Position numbers and translations under genes: made by a program. From assembly GCA_951406725.2 (NCBI GenBank), contig OX597828.1:34224001-34288000 (forward strand): DNA of 64,000 nt, read 5' to 3'. The notes under the pieces were generated by a model, which saw only the letters and a list, made by a program, of their open reading frames with translations, was not told the DNA's origin and did not search any database. This stretch comes from Octopus vulgaris. Lineage: Eukaryota. Of this stretch, positions 53,394-64,000 are shown piece after piece. Numbering within the stretch: position 1 is the stretch's first letter; each line of letters starts with the position of its first letter.

Positions 53394-53736
53394 ATGGATT
53401 CACTGAAGCTCCGGCGTCTGGCGACGGACTTGGTAAACGCCCACAAAGTTATCAACCACCTCACCAACAATAACACTGAACACCTTTTTGATCTCCATGT
53501 GTCCAACACACGTGGACATGCCTACAAAGTCAGAAAACAGCACAGCTACCATGACTTTGGGAAACATTTTTTCACGCTCAGAGTTGCTGAAGCATGGAAC
53601 AAACTGCCTGCGTCAGTTGTTGACTGCCATGACACTGCATCCTTTAAGGCCCTCATGCTTTCCGAAATCCGCCGAAACTACACCTGATTATATATACACT
53701 TTAGATGAGTTGTAGTGCACCTGAGCACTGTACACA

Positions 53737-53806
<70 letters not shown>
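53394..53806 (+). mobile_element. CR1-like LINE 3' end with a (TTA)n tail, nested in a SINE
   Basis: SLKLRRLATDL..NTRGHAYKV..FFTLRVAEAWNKLP..FK*, then a short UTR and (TTA)n. SINE sequence resumes after the tail (AAAGTGGTACCCCAGCATGG). Confidence 0.88.
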
Positions 53807-53807
<1 letters not shown>

Positions 53808-54381
53808 AGTGGTACCCCAGCATGGTCGCAACTGAAACAAATAAAAATATAAACCATCGAAGGGGAGACAACTACGCTGGAATTAAAATATATTAAAATG
53901 CAACCTGTATGAAAAAGGAGAAAAAATATGGACTGAATTCCTTGTATATTCTAGTATTATATTGATTACTGGTTCAATATATTTATCAAGGTATATGGAT
54001 TTTTTTTTCCATAACGGTAATTTGTTAATTTTCTCATAAAATCATTGATTTTTTGTAACTGCAAAAATTATGTCCAGGGGAGATAAGTATGTATGTATAT
54101 TTGCACAATAAAGCAGGAAATATTTATGTCCCTTGATCATGGAAATGTTATCATGGAGTGAGTTTGTTTGTGTGTGTGTGTTTGTGAGTATAGGTGGTGT
54201 TGTATGGTAACCTTGAAGTTCCAGGTTCGCTAGTATTTTAGATATGGGCCCAGGTGTTCAATATCTGGTGTATGAAATTTAATTACCGGAGAGTTATGCA
54301 CAAACACCGTATAAGATATAGACTGAACGAATATTTGTGTGTGTTTGCATGTCTAAAGACGACAGTAAAATGTAAACAGAC

Positions 54382-54481
<100 letters not shown>

Positions 54482-54957
54482 CTCTCTCTCTCTCTCACAC
54501 GATCACACACACACACACACATACAGATAGAGAGGCGCAGGTGTGGCTGTGTGGTTAGAAGATCGCTTCCCAACTACATGGTTCCGGGTTCAGTCCCACT
54601 GCGTGGCACCTTGGCCAAGTGTCTTCTACTATAGTTTTGTGAATGTGTGTGCGTGTGTGTGTGTGTGTACGTGGATGCGTGGTAAGAAGCTTGCTTGATA
54701 AAATCTTATAAAGACTTTATCCTTGATTTTATATATATACTCTTTTACTCTTTTTACTTGTTTTAGCCATTTGACTGCGGCCATGCTGGAGCACTGCCTT
54801 TAGTCGAGCAAATCGACCCCGGGACTTATTCTTTGTAAACCCAGTACTTATTCTATCGGTCTCTTTTGCGGAACGGCTAAGTTACTGGGACATAAACACA
54901 CCAGCATCGGTTGTCAAGCAATGCTAGGGTGACACACACACACACACACACACACAT

Positions 54958-54992
<35 letters not shown>

Positions 54993-55083
54993 CATATACA
55001 TGACGGGCTTCTTTCAGTATATATACATGTATATATACGCGTTTAATATTTCTCAGTAACTGGATGATTCGGGTTATATTACA

Positions 55084-55120
55084 ATCAGCAGTTTCGCCAC
55101 AGAATGGTTCTTCAGGTGAT
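55084..55120 (-). ncRNA. Degenerate hammerhead-like motif
   Basis: Reverse complement reads ATCAC-CTGAAGA-ACCA-ttctg-TGGC-GAAA-CTGC-TGAT. Confidence 0.4.
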
Positions 55121-55729
55121 ACGAGATAACATCTACTGATCTGCATGCATGCATGCATGTGCTGATTCTCATCTTCAGTATCAATATGTATAGAGGTGAA
55201 TGGCCCTTTTCTTTACCATCGCCTGAAGAAGCATATTTAGAAATTAGTCATTGTAACATGTAATGGAATATCCGGCTACAAATTTATAATTTATAGTGCT
55301 CAGCAAATTATCACAAACACCTCATTGTTATGCCCCACCCACGCACAGATACACACACACGCATGCATTCGTATGTATGGATGTATGTATGCATGTATGT
55401 GTGTGTGTGTGCGCGCGCGTGTATCTGCGTGTGCATATAATATATCATATATACCTACACATGCATGCGTGCAGATTTCTCTCTAGCTATGAATATGAAC
55501 GCATACATACATACATGCATACATACATTCACACATACATACATACATACATACATACATACATACATACATACACACACATCCATATACATGCACGTAT
55601 ATGTATAGAAATACATGCATATATATTTAAAATGCGTGTATATCTATCTATCTATCTATATTTGCATACAACTATGTATATGTGTGTGTATGCGTGTGTT
55701 TGTGTAAGTGTGTGTGTGTGTGAGAGAGT

Positions 55730-55789
<60 letters not shown>

Positions 55790-55829
55790 TTGTGTGTGTG
55801 TGTGTGTGTGTGATTGTGTGTGTATTATA

Positions 55830-56607
55830 TGGAATATGCGAGCAAGAGAAATAAGATTCTTAAGATTATAAACCTGGAAAAGTACAAGACAAGTTATTAC
55901 GTCTGATAAAGTACAGAACATTGAAAATTTCTACTTAAAATATTGCAGCTACAGATAAAATTTCAAATAAAATATTTAGATTTAGAAAATATTAGCTTTT
56001 ATTAAAACTGAAAATCTTATCACAAGCTATTACTTCTATTTGTTGTTACTTGTAACTTCTATTAAAAACTAGCAGTATCGCCCGGCGTTGCTCAGGTTTG
56101 TAAGGGAAATAACTATAAAGCATTTTTAGAGAGTTATAGCCAAAAAATAGCAAAAAATGGAAAAAAATGATGGTAAATTTTTTTTTGATAGTTAAAAAAG
56201 GTTGAGTTGCGTCCCCTAGACCATCTGTGGTTTGTGTTCCTGATTCTCGACCCCATGTCGAATTTATCGATTTTTTCAGAACTGGGGGAACTTTTCAAAA
56301 TTTTCGCTGCGTTAGTTTTGAATTATGACATTGGGCTATGTGTGTGTCAAGTTTCATCAGAATCGGTTGAAAGCCGTGGTCAGGGTGAGGGTACAAGCAA
56401 ACAGACACACAGAAACACGCACAGACAAACTGCCGTTTATATAGAGAGAGATAAAACAAATAACTCAAAATATTTTACCCTTAGCTGCAATATTTTAAGT
56501 AAGAATTTTCTTATTCTGTATTTTATCAGATGTAATAACTTGTCTTGTACTTTTCCAGGTTTATAATCTTATCTTAAGAATATTATTTCTCTTGCTCGCA
56601 TTTTCCC
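55830..56607. mobile_element. Long-TIR (foldback) MITE interrupted by a Helitron
   Basis: Inverted arms of ~140 bp at 55838-55977 and 56468-56607. Confidence 0.7.
56069..56451 (-). mobile_element. Non-autonomous Helitron
   Basis: Minus strand A|TCTCTCTCTATATAAAC...GAGCAACGCCGGGCGATACTGCTAG|T: TC/CTAG ends, 3' GC hairpin, AT target, no TSD. Confidence 0.85.
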
Positions 56608-56769
56608 ATGTAATCCAGGAATATCCGTTTTTTCCAGGCTATCCTAATTGATAATGTGCCAAATGTGTCAATTAGTGGTGTCGTTGATAATTTTTTCCTT
56701 ACCTCAATAATGCCGGTGACATATCAAAAGTCCCCTAGAACTATATTCATAAAAAGTAAATTAAATTAA

Positions 56770-57089
56770 AGACTCCGCCGGTTACGACGACGAGGGTCCC
56801 AGCTGATACGATCAACGGAACAGCTTGCTCGTGAAATTAACGTGCAAATGGCTGAGCATTCCACAGACATGTGTACCCTTAACGTAGTTCTCGGGGATAA
56901 TCAGCGTGACACAGAGAGTGACAAGGCTGACCCTTTGAAATACAAGTACAACTCATTTTTGCCAGCTGAGTGGACTGGAGCAACGTGAAATAAAGTGTCT
57001 TGCTCAAGGACACAACGCGTCGCCGGGAATCGAACTCACAACCTTACGATCATGAGCCGAATGCCCTAACCACTAAGCCACGCGCCCTC
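56770..57089 (-). mobile_element. tRNA-SINE family D (V-domain-like GTGTCCTTGAGCAAGACACTT; 3' body shared with family C)
   Basis: 12-bp TSD TCATAAAAAGTA at 56747-56758 and 57090-57101. Confidence 0.85.
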
Positions 57090-57666
57090 TCATAAAAAGT
57101 ATAGAACTATATTATCACCCTCAAATTTGAGAAACAAACACTCATAACTTTTTCTTTTAAAACTTTATTGCGTGAGATCGATACCATGAAATTCCTCGAA
57201 TTGAGTTCTATCATTTAAGCTTAATTAAAATACAGTTTGTTTTTAAAATCCAATTTCTTGCCTTATATTTTTCATGATATTTTACCTCGCAATTTTTTTG
57301 ATACAAAATTTTGTTGCATGGGAACAAAACTTAGAAATTCTACATGCTTTCTTCTGTCGTTGAAGTTAAGATAAATATATTTTGCTTTTAAAGTAATAAA
57401 AAAGTTATTTAGATCTAAACTTGATTGTTGGCATTACTTACTCTCCTATAACATCGCTACAAATTTTGATGTAAACTTTTTTCTATTGGACCAAATCTCT
57501 ATTTTTTAATGCCAAAATGTAGCAAGGGACCAGTCCTCTTCAAAAATGTTAACGGTTTTCAATGTGGTTATGAACTGAATTAGCGACAAACTCTGAAAGA
57601 TGCTGCGTATGAGTAAATTGCGGCCTTAAGAATATTATACAAATACTACCGCAGTTGAATGATATA

Positions 57667-59134
<1,468 letters not shown>

Positions 59135-59771
59135 AATGAAATGTAATGTAAGTGATTTCGTTGTTGTGCGTGGGAGAAAAAAATATATTTATAGTTAACT
59201 GTCGATACATCATTAAGAAAGACCAGCTTATAACTTATTTAACACATCAGCGCACAGGGCCAACTTCACCATAACCGTCACCACCACCACCACCACCACC
59301 ACCAAAACAACAACAACAACAACCAAAAGAAAGAAAACAAAACTACAAAATCTAAAAAAAAAAACCGAATATCACAGCGGTGCTATCCAATAATAATCTG
59401 ACACATGAATGAATGCATCACACACACACGTATATTACGAAGCATTACCATACAGAGGGAGAAGGTGGTGGAGGCGGCGGTGGCGGAGGCGGCGGGGGTA
59501 GTGGTGGTGGTGGTGGTGGTGGCGGTGGGGGTACTCAGTGACGCACAGGTACAGACCCATGTAGGGGCGGCGTGACATTTAAACTGGGAAAGGGACAGTG
59601 TCTAATTTAGGAAGGCGTGACACAGGAAACTCGGTACCTATGAGTCGCTCCCTTTGCTTTAGAAGCCCTCACTAAAAGCCTTTCCAATTATTATTCAGTA
59701 CAACTTCCCACGCTGTTAACCAAACGAAACATTGGGTCCCATCCATCCATCCATCCATCCATCCATCCTCG

Positions 59772-59805
<34 letters not shown>

Positions 59806-59806
59806 G

Positions 59807-59858
<52 letters not shown>

Positions 59859-59882
59859 TTATATATCAATTCACAATTCAGT

Positions 59883-59994
<112 letters not shown>

Positions 59995-60194
59995 TGACGG
60001 ATGTGATGTCGTTTCAGCTCCGAAGGTAATCATTTATTTTGACTATTTATAGGCCAATTTTTGTGTAGATTTTTGCAAATAAGGTGTGTAAGGCAACCAA
60101 CTTTCATTTGAGTGCCATTCCAAGGGAGGAATTCGCCCCTAGGGGCAGTTTCGACCCCATTTCATTTCTGTTATTTTCTTCTCGACATTAGAAA

Positions 60195-62060
60195 ATGTCT
60201 AGAAATTTTATTGTTGAACGCTGGTCGCGTTCTTTTTTGGAACAACATTTTCCTAGTCTGGAAACGACAGAGAAAAAAAAGAACGTTCGCACGGAAAATG
60301 CCAACGTGAAATTCGGTGAAAGGAACGCTGCAACCACGTGCGTTAACAGCCCTGTCACCAACGCCACCACCACCACTAACAACAGCAACCACGAGACAAC
60401 AACTGCTACCACCACCACCTCCACCACCACCACCACCACTACCACGACCAACATAAATGATAAAAATAAAACTGAAACGAAAAATATTGACATAAACAAT
60501 AGCAACAACAAGAACAACAATAAAAATGAACTATCTAATAGTGAAGATGCTAATACAAAAAAGTCAACAACAGTAAATTTCGCAGATATTCTTCGCCAGA
60601 AAAAGGAGATTGTTACATTCACAAATGAAGAGCTCATAGAAACAAGAGCTCTCTTTACAACCCGTGGACAAGATTTAGTCCTGCATACACCTCAACATAT
60701 AAAACAAGAAATAGAAAATAAGACAATTGTATATAAAATTATTAGAAAAAACAAAAAACCAAATGAACAGATTACAAAAACTGATGTGGAGAAATGTTTA
60801 AAAAATATAATGAAAGAAAAAGAGTATATAAACTGGGGTCCACAGTTTAACACAGTAGTGGTCCGCTTCCCTAACCAGGAAGTGGCAAAAGCTCACTCTA
60901 CTGAGTCTCTGGGAAATGATGAAATCATCATGGTCCCTTATTATAAAAACCAGAGGGTGAGTAGAATTACTATCAGAAATGTACCCCCCGATATGCCGAA
61001 CAAATGGATAACAGGGGCAATCTGTTACCACTTGAAAAAGATCAATATTCTAGAAACAGCCGTGTACCTAAACGACAATTGGGGTGGAAAAACAGTAGTT
61101 GTGACCATCCAGATTGAGGGGGCCTCTATCGAGAGCCTACCCGACAAGATATACTTGGAGAATGGGCAATGCCTATATGTTATGGCAGAAGGCAAAAAGC
61201 CTAGATGCTACAAATGTGGCAGCCCCGAACATTTGATTGCTAAGTGCGATCTGGTACAGAAAAAACAAGAAAGAACAATTCAGAAAACAAATAAAATCCC
61301 TTTGTTGCCAACACCAACACCAACACACTCAATTATGGAACAACGCCAAGAAAAACAACAAACCCCAACAACATCACCAAGAAAAACAGTACCAACACAA
61401 TCACCGTTGACGTCACAACCAATTAAACTTGTTGAATCTTCAAAAAATCGACCCACACCCACACCCAGGACGACAATTAAAAAGACAGAAAACACTGACG
61501 AGAAGACAAATGCTACCCCTAACACCACAACAACACAAACACCGCACAAAACATCAACAATTTATACAAGCATACATAGTGATCCTGTTCTTTTTCCTCT
61601 ACCCCATACTGATACCTCGGACGACGAAAGTTCGACGGAATGGCAAATAGCCACAGGGGGTAAAAGAAAAAGATCCAAAAAATCCACCAAACAAGGAATT
61701 AAAGCAGGGAGATATCTCACTCAGGACAACATTCCCCTAGACAATCAAAAAAGTAATGAACCCGTAAAACCACACACACAACTAACTGCAATAGACACAG
61801 ACAATAAAGAATTAATGGACTACATCAAATCTAACATGGTCGTCTGTGAAGATGATTTTAAGACAAACAATCATCCGCACACCACACCACCGAAACACAT
61901 CAGAATTTTACACATAACACAAGCACAACACCACATACTGAAAACATTATTTCCGAATGCGGTAGGCGGGTATCAACGATACCTGTCGAAAAAACTATAC
62001 AAACACCTCATCAAAAACGATACAAAAGAAGAAGAAAAAAAAATGAAACTTTTAAAATGA
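60195..62060 (+). CDS. ORF1 (gag-like nucleic-acid-binding protein) of an L1/Tx1-clade non-LTR retrotransposon
   Basis: Uninterrupted 621-aa ORF with a CX2CX4HX4C zinc knuckle (CYKCGSPEHLIAKC) after an RRM-like region (RITIRNVPPDMP), T/N-rich N-terminus and basic GGKRKRSKK stretch. Lies 65 nt upstream of an APE-RT ORF. Confidence 0.9.
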   Translation: MSRNFIVERWSRSFLEQHFPSLETTEKKKNVRTENANVKFGERNAATTCVNSPVTNATTTTNNSNHETTTATTTTSTTTTTTTTTNINDKNKTETKNIDINNSNNKNNNKNELSNSEDANTKKSTTVNFADILRQKKEIVTFTNEELIETRALFTTRGQDLVLHTPQHIKQEIENKTIVYKIIRKNKKPNEQITKTDVEKCLKNIMKEKEYINWGPQFNTVVVRFPNQEVAKAHSTESLGNDEIIMVPYYKNQRVSRITIRNVPPDMPNKWITGAICYHLKKINILETAVYLNDNWGGKTVVVTIQIEGASIESLPDKIYLENGQCLYVMAEGKKPRCYKCGSPEHLIAKCDLVQKKQERTIQKTNKIPLLPTPTPTHSIMEQRQEKQQTPTTSPRKTVPTQSPLTSQPIKLVESSKNRPTPTPRTTIKKTENTDEKTNATPNTTTTQTPHKTSTIYTSIHSDPVLFPLPHTDTSDDESSTEWQIATGGKRKRSKKSTKQGIKAGRYLTQDNIPLDNQKSNEPVKPHTQLTAIDTDNKELMDYIKSNMVVCEDDFKTNNHPHTTPPKHIRILHITQAQHHILKTLFPNAVGGYQRYLSKKLYKHLIKNDTKEEEKKMKLLK

Positions 62061-62125
62061 GTAAGTGACCTCACTTCTTGCCTCTTGTCTCTTCTAATAT
62101 AGTGTGTAAAACACAATTTTCGTAA

Positions 62126-64000
62126 ATGTCAAGTATGCTTAAATTAGGTTGTGTGAATGCGCGTGGCTTGGCGTCGGCTTGGAAGCAAGGTTACCTTCTA
62201 AACGACATCAAGTCACTGGACGTGGATATAGTAGCTATCAGCGAAACCAGACTCAGTAAACCGCGGGCCCTCGAGTCCATGTTTGGCAATCAATTTGACA
62301 TTTATTTTTCTCCCTGTCTGCCGAACATGGGTGGTGGAGGTACTGCGGTGCTTTTTCGAAAGAGTCTAAAGGTAAAAGTAAGAGCAATATTCCTAGACCC
62401 GGAGGGTAGGCTGGTTGTCTTGGACGTGGATGGCAGAAATGGGTGTGCATTCCGTCTGATGGCAGTTTATGCACCGTCCTTAACGGGTCGGGCGGATTTC
62501 TTCAGACGTCTAGAGGTTTTCCTGGGTACGTCTAGACCTTTACTGTTAGTAGGGGATTGGAACGCTACCTTGGACACGCATCTAGATTATGTGGGAAGGG
62601 ATAGGAATAGAAGGGGGTGTAAGAGCCTCAAAGACCTGCTCAGACGTTTCCATTTGTCTGACAGGTTCCGACTCGACCATCCGAACGTGCCAACGTGGAC
62701 TTGGACAAACCGCGTCGGATCGTCGAGATCTTATCTAGATAGAATTCTATGCAGGACAGCGGATAGGGATAGTGTAGGATGTTCACAATTTAAAATAGTC
62801 AGCTACACAGATCACAAATTTGTTACGTGTACGCTCGACTTAGATAAAACACATAGGCAGGGTCCCGGTTACTGGAAACTGAACACGTCGCTGTTAGCGC
62901 GACAGGTTTACAGGAACCGGATTAGCGAGTTAATTAAGAGGGCGCTGACAGGAGCGGTCGTTAACAACCGCTGGTGGTACGCCCTGAAAATGGCAATAAA
63001 ATCGGAATCAATTAGGTTTAGCAAGGAATTAGCGATAGAACGAAATAGAGTAGAGGGAGACTTAGTTAAGAAACTAGAAGAGGCACTTACCACTGGCAGC
63101 GCAACCAACGTGCTAGCTGCGAGGATGGCCCTCGACCAACACCTCAACGCCAAGCACGAAGGTTGCGTCGTCAGAGCTAAAATGCGTGCCTTAAGGAACG
63201 AAGGGATTGAAGCTGCGCGAGAGGCCCGGGTAGCGGAGGCGCAGCGTGGCAACAGATCAACCATTCGGTCTCTAATAGATCAACAGGGATGCAGTTTACT
63301 CGAACCCGAAAGGATGTGTGAGGCCTTTCAACAGCACTTTGCTCGACTGTTTGGTGCGAGTGGTGGGTCGGAACGAGGGATGGATTTCAGTGCCTACCTG
63401 ACCGACCTGCCGCGGCTCTCGGCAAGAGAAGCGGAGTGTTGTGAAAGTCCCATCACAGCCGCTGACGTGTGGGATGCGATGGCGGGCTGCGCGAGGGATA
63501 AGTCGCCTGGATTGGATGGTTTACCCTACGAGCTGTATTGTCGAATGCCAGACTTGTTTGGCGACCTCTTGGCATCAGTCTACTGCAACTGGCAACAAAA
63601 CGGGAGAATCCCCGGTTTCGTGAGCCGAGGTGCAGTGACGTTGCTGAAGAAAGACTCAAACAAGGGGAATTTTATAGATAATTTCAGGCCCATCACTCTG
63701 CTCAACGCAGATTTGAAAATTTTGGCCAAAGTAATAGCCGAGAGGTTGGCGCTTGTCATTGGTAAACTGATCGACAGGGCGCAAACATGCGCCGTGCCGG
63801 GCAGAACCATACATGACAACCTCCATCTGATGCGCTACATTGTGGACAGGGTAGTTAAGGATCCTGGCATGGGTGGGGCGCTGATAAATTTGGATCAGTC
63901 TAAAGCCTTCGATAGGGTCGACCATCGGTACTTGGCGGCCGTCCTCAGGGCGGCTGGCTTCGGTCCCGTCTTCCGCGGTTGGATCGCTGCCTTGTATAGC
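62126..64000 (+). CDS. ORF2 (APE endonuclease + reverse transcriptase) of an L1/Tx1 LINE; 3' end lies beyond the window
   Basis: Translated by hand from ATG 62126 and open for 625 codons to the window end (absent from the ORF track because it has no stop). EN motifs: NARGL, ISETR, VYAP, VGDWN, TW..SYLDRI, TDH, GYWKLNTSLL. RT motifs: KSPGLDGLPYELY, NFRPITLLNADLKILAK, LDQSKAFDRVDH. Confidence 0.96.
   Translation, partial: MSSMLKLGCVNARGLASAWKQGYLLNDIKSLDVDIVAISETRLSKPRALESMFGNQFDIYFSPCLPNMGGGGTAVLFRKSLKVKVRAIFLDPEGRLVVLDVDGRNGCAFRLMAVYAPSLTGRADFFRRLEVFLGTSRPLLLVGDWNATLDTHLDYVGRDRNRRGCKSLKDLLRRFHLSDRFRLDHPNVPTWTWTNRVGSSRSYLDRILCRTADRDSVGCSQFKIVSYTDHKFVTCTLDLDKTHRQGPGYWKLNTSLLARQVYRNRISELIKRALTGAVVNNRWWYALKMAIKSESIRFSKELAIERNRVEGDLVKKLEEALTTGSATNVLAARMALDQHLNAKHEGCVVRAKMRALRNEGIEAAREARVAEAQRGNRSTIRSLIDQQGCSLLEPERMCEAFQQHFARLFGASGGSERGMDFSAYLTDLPRLSAREAECCESPITAADVWDAMAGCARDKSPGLDGLPYELYCRMPDLFGDLLASVYCNWQQNGRIPGFVSRGAVTLLKKDSNKGNFIDNFRPITLLNADLKILAKVIAERLALVIGKLIDRAQTCAVPGRTIHDNLHLMRYIVDRVVKDPGMGGALINLDQSKAFDRVDHRYLAAVLRAAGFGPVFRGWIAALYS

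Larger units (their letters stand above)
59995..64000 (+). mobile_element. Young, apparently 5'-complete L1/Tx1-like LINE (5' UTR, ORF1, ORF2)
   Basis: Two intact ORFs in canonical order. About 200 nt of 5' UTR begins immediately after (CTAT)n at 59884-59994; the exact 5' boundary is inferred. Confidence 0.85.

Noticed and set aside
59450-59545. Gly-rich coding exon or G-quadruplex
   Set aside because: (GGT/GGC)n simple repeat ending in a stop; no supporting context.
62061-62102. GTAAGT...AG between LINE ORF1 and ORF2 as an intron fusing the ORFs
   Set aside because: Only 42 nt, and the donor lies after the ORF1 stop, so no fusion results.

Overview
AT-rich eukaryotic DNA crowded with microsatellites and interspersed repeats. 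The SINE families resemble those I recall from octopus/cephalopod genomes (inference; no search was run). Almost all ORFs in the supplied track are simple-repeat translations, and no host protein-coding gene can be called with confidence; there are only a few candidate small exons. The only intact coding sequences are ORF1 (60195-62060, CCHC knuckle) and ORF2 (62126 to the window end, APE endonuclease plus RT, no stop) of a young L1/Tx1-type LINE that begins right after a (CTAT)n tract. Decayed elements include a Helitron (Rep/PIF1), a full-length mariner with TIRs, two further Tc1/mariner fragments, CR1, RTE and R4/Dong-like LINE ends, hAT-, piggyBac- and Merlin-like MITEs, a tRNA-Asp pseudogene and a ~1.5-kb triplication. 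The most interesting signal is about 10 minimal type-I hammerhead ribozyme motifs from several Penelope-like non-coding families. Two of these families form ~550-bp palindromic elements with a hammerhead on each strand and perfect 13-bp target-site duplications (4176-4747, 13035-13583). One of them carries a tRNA-derived Pol III head.
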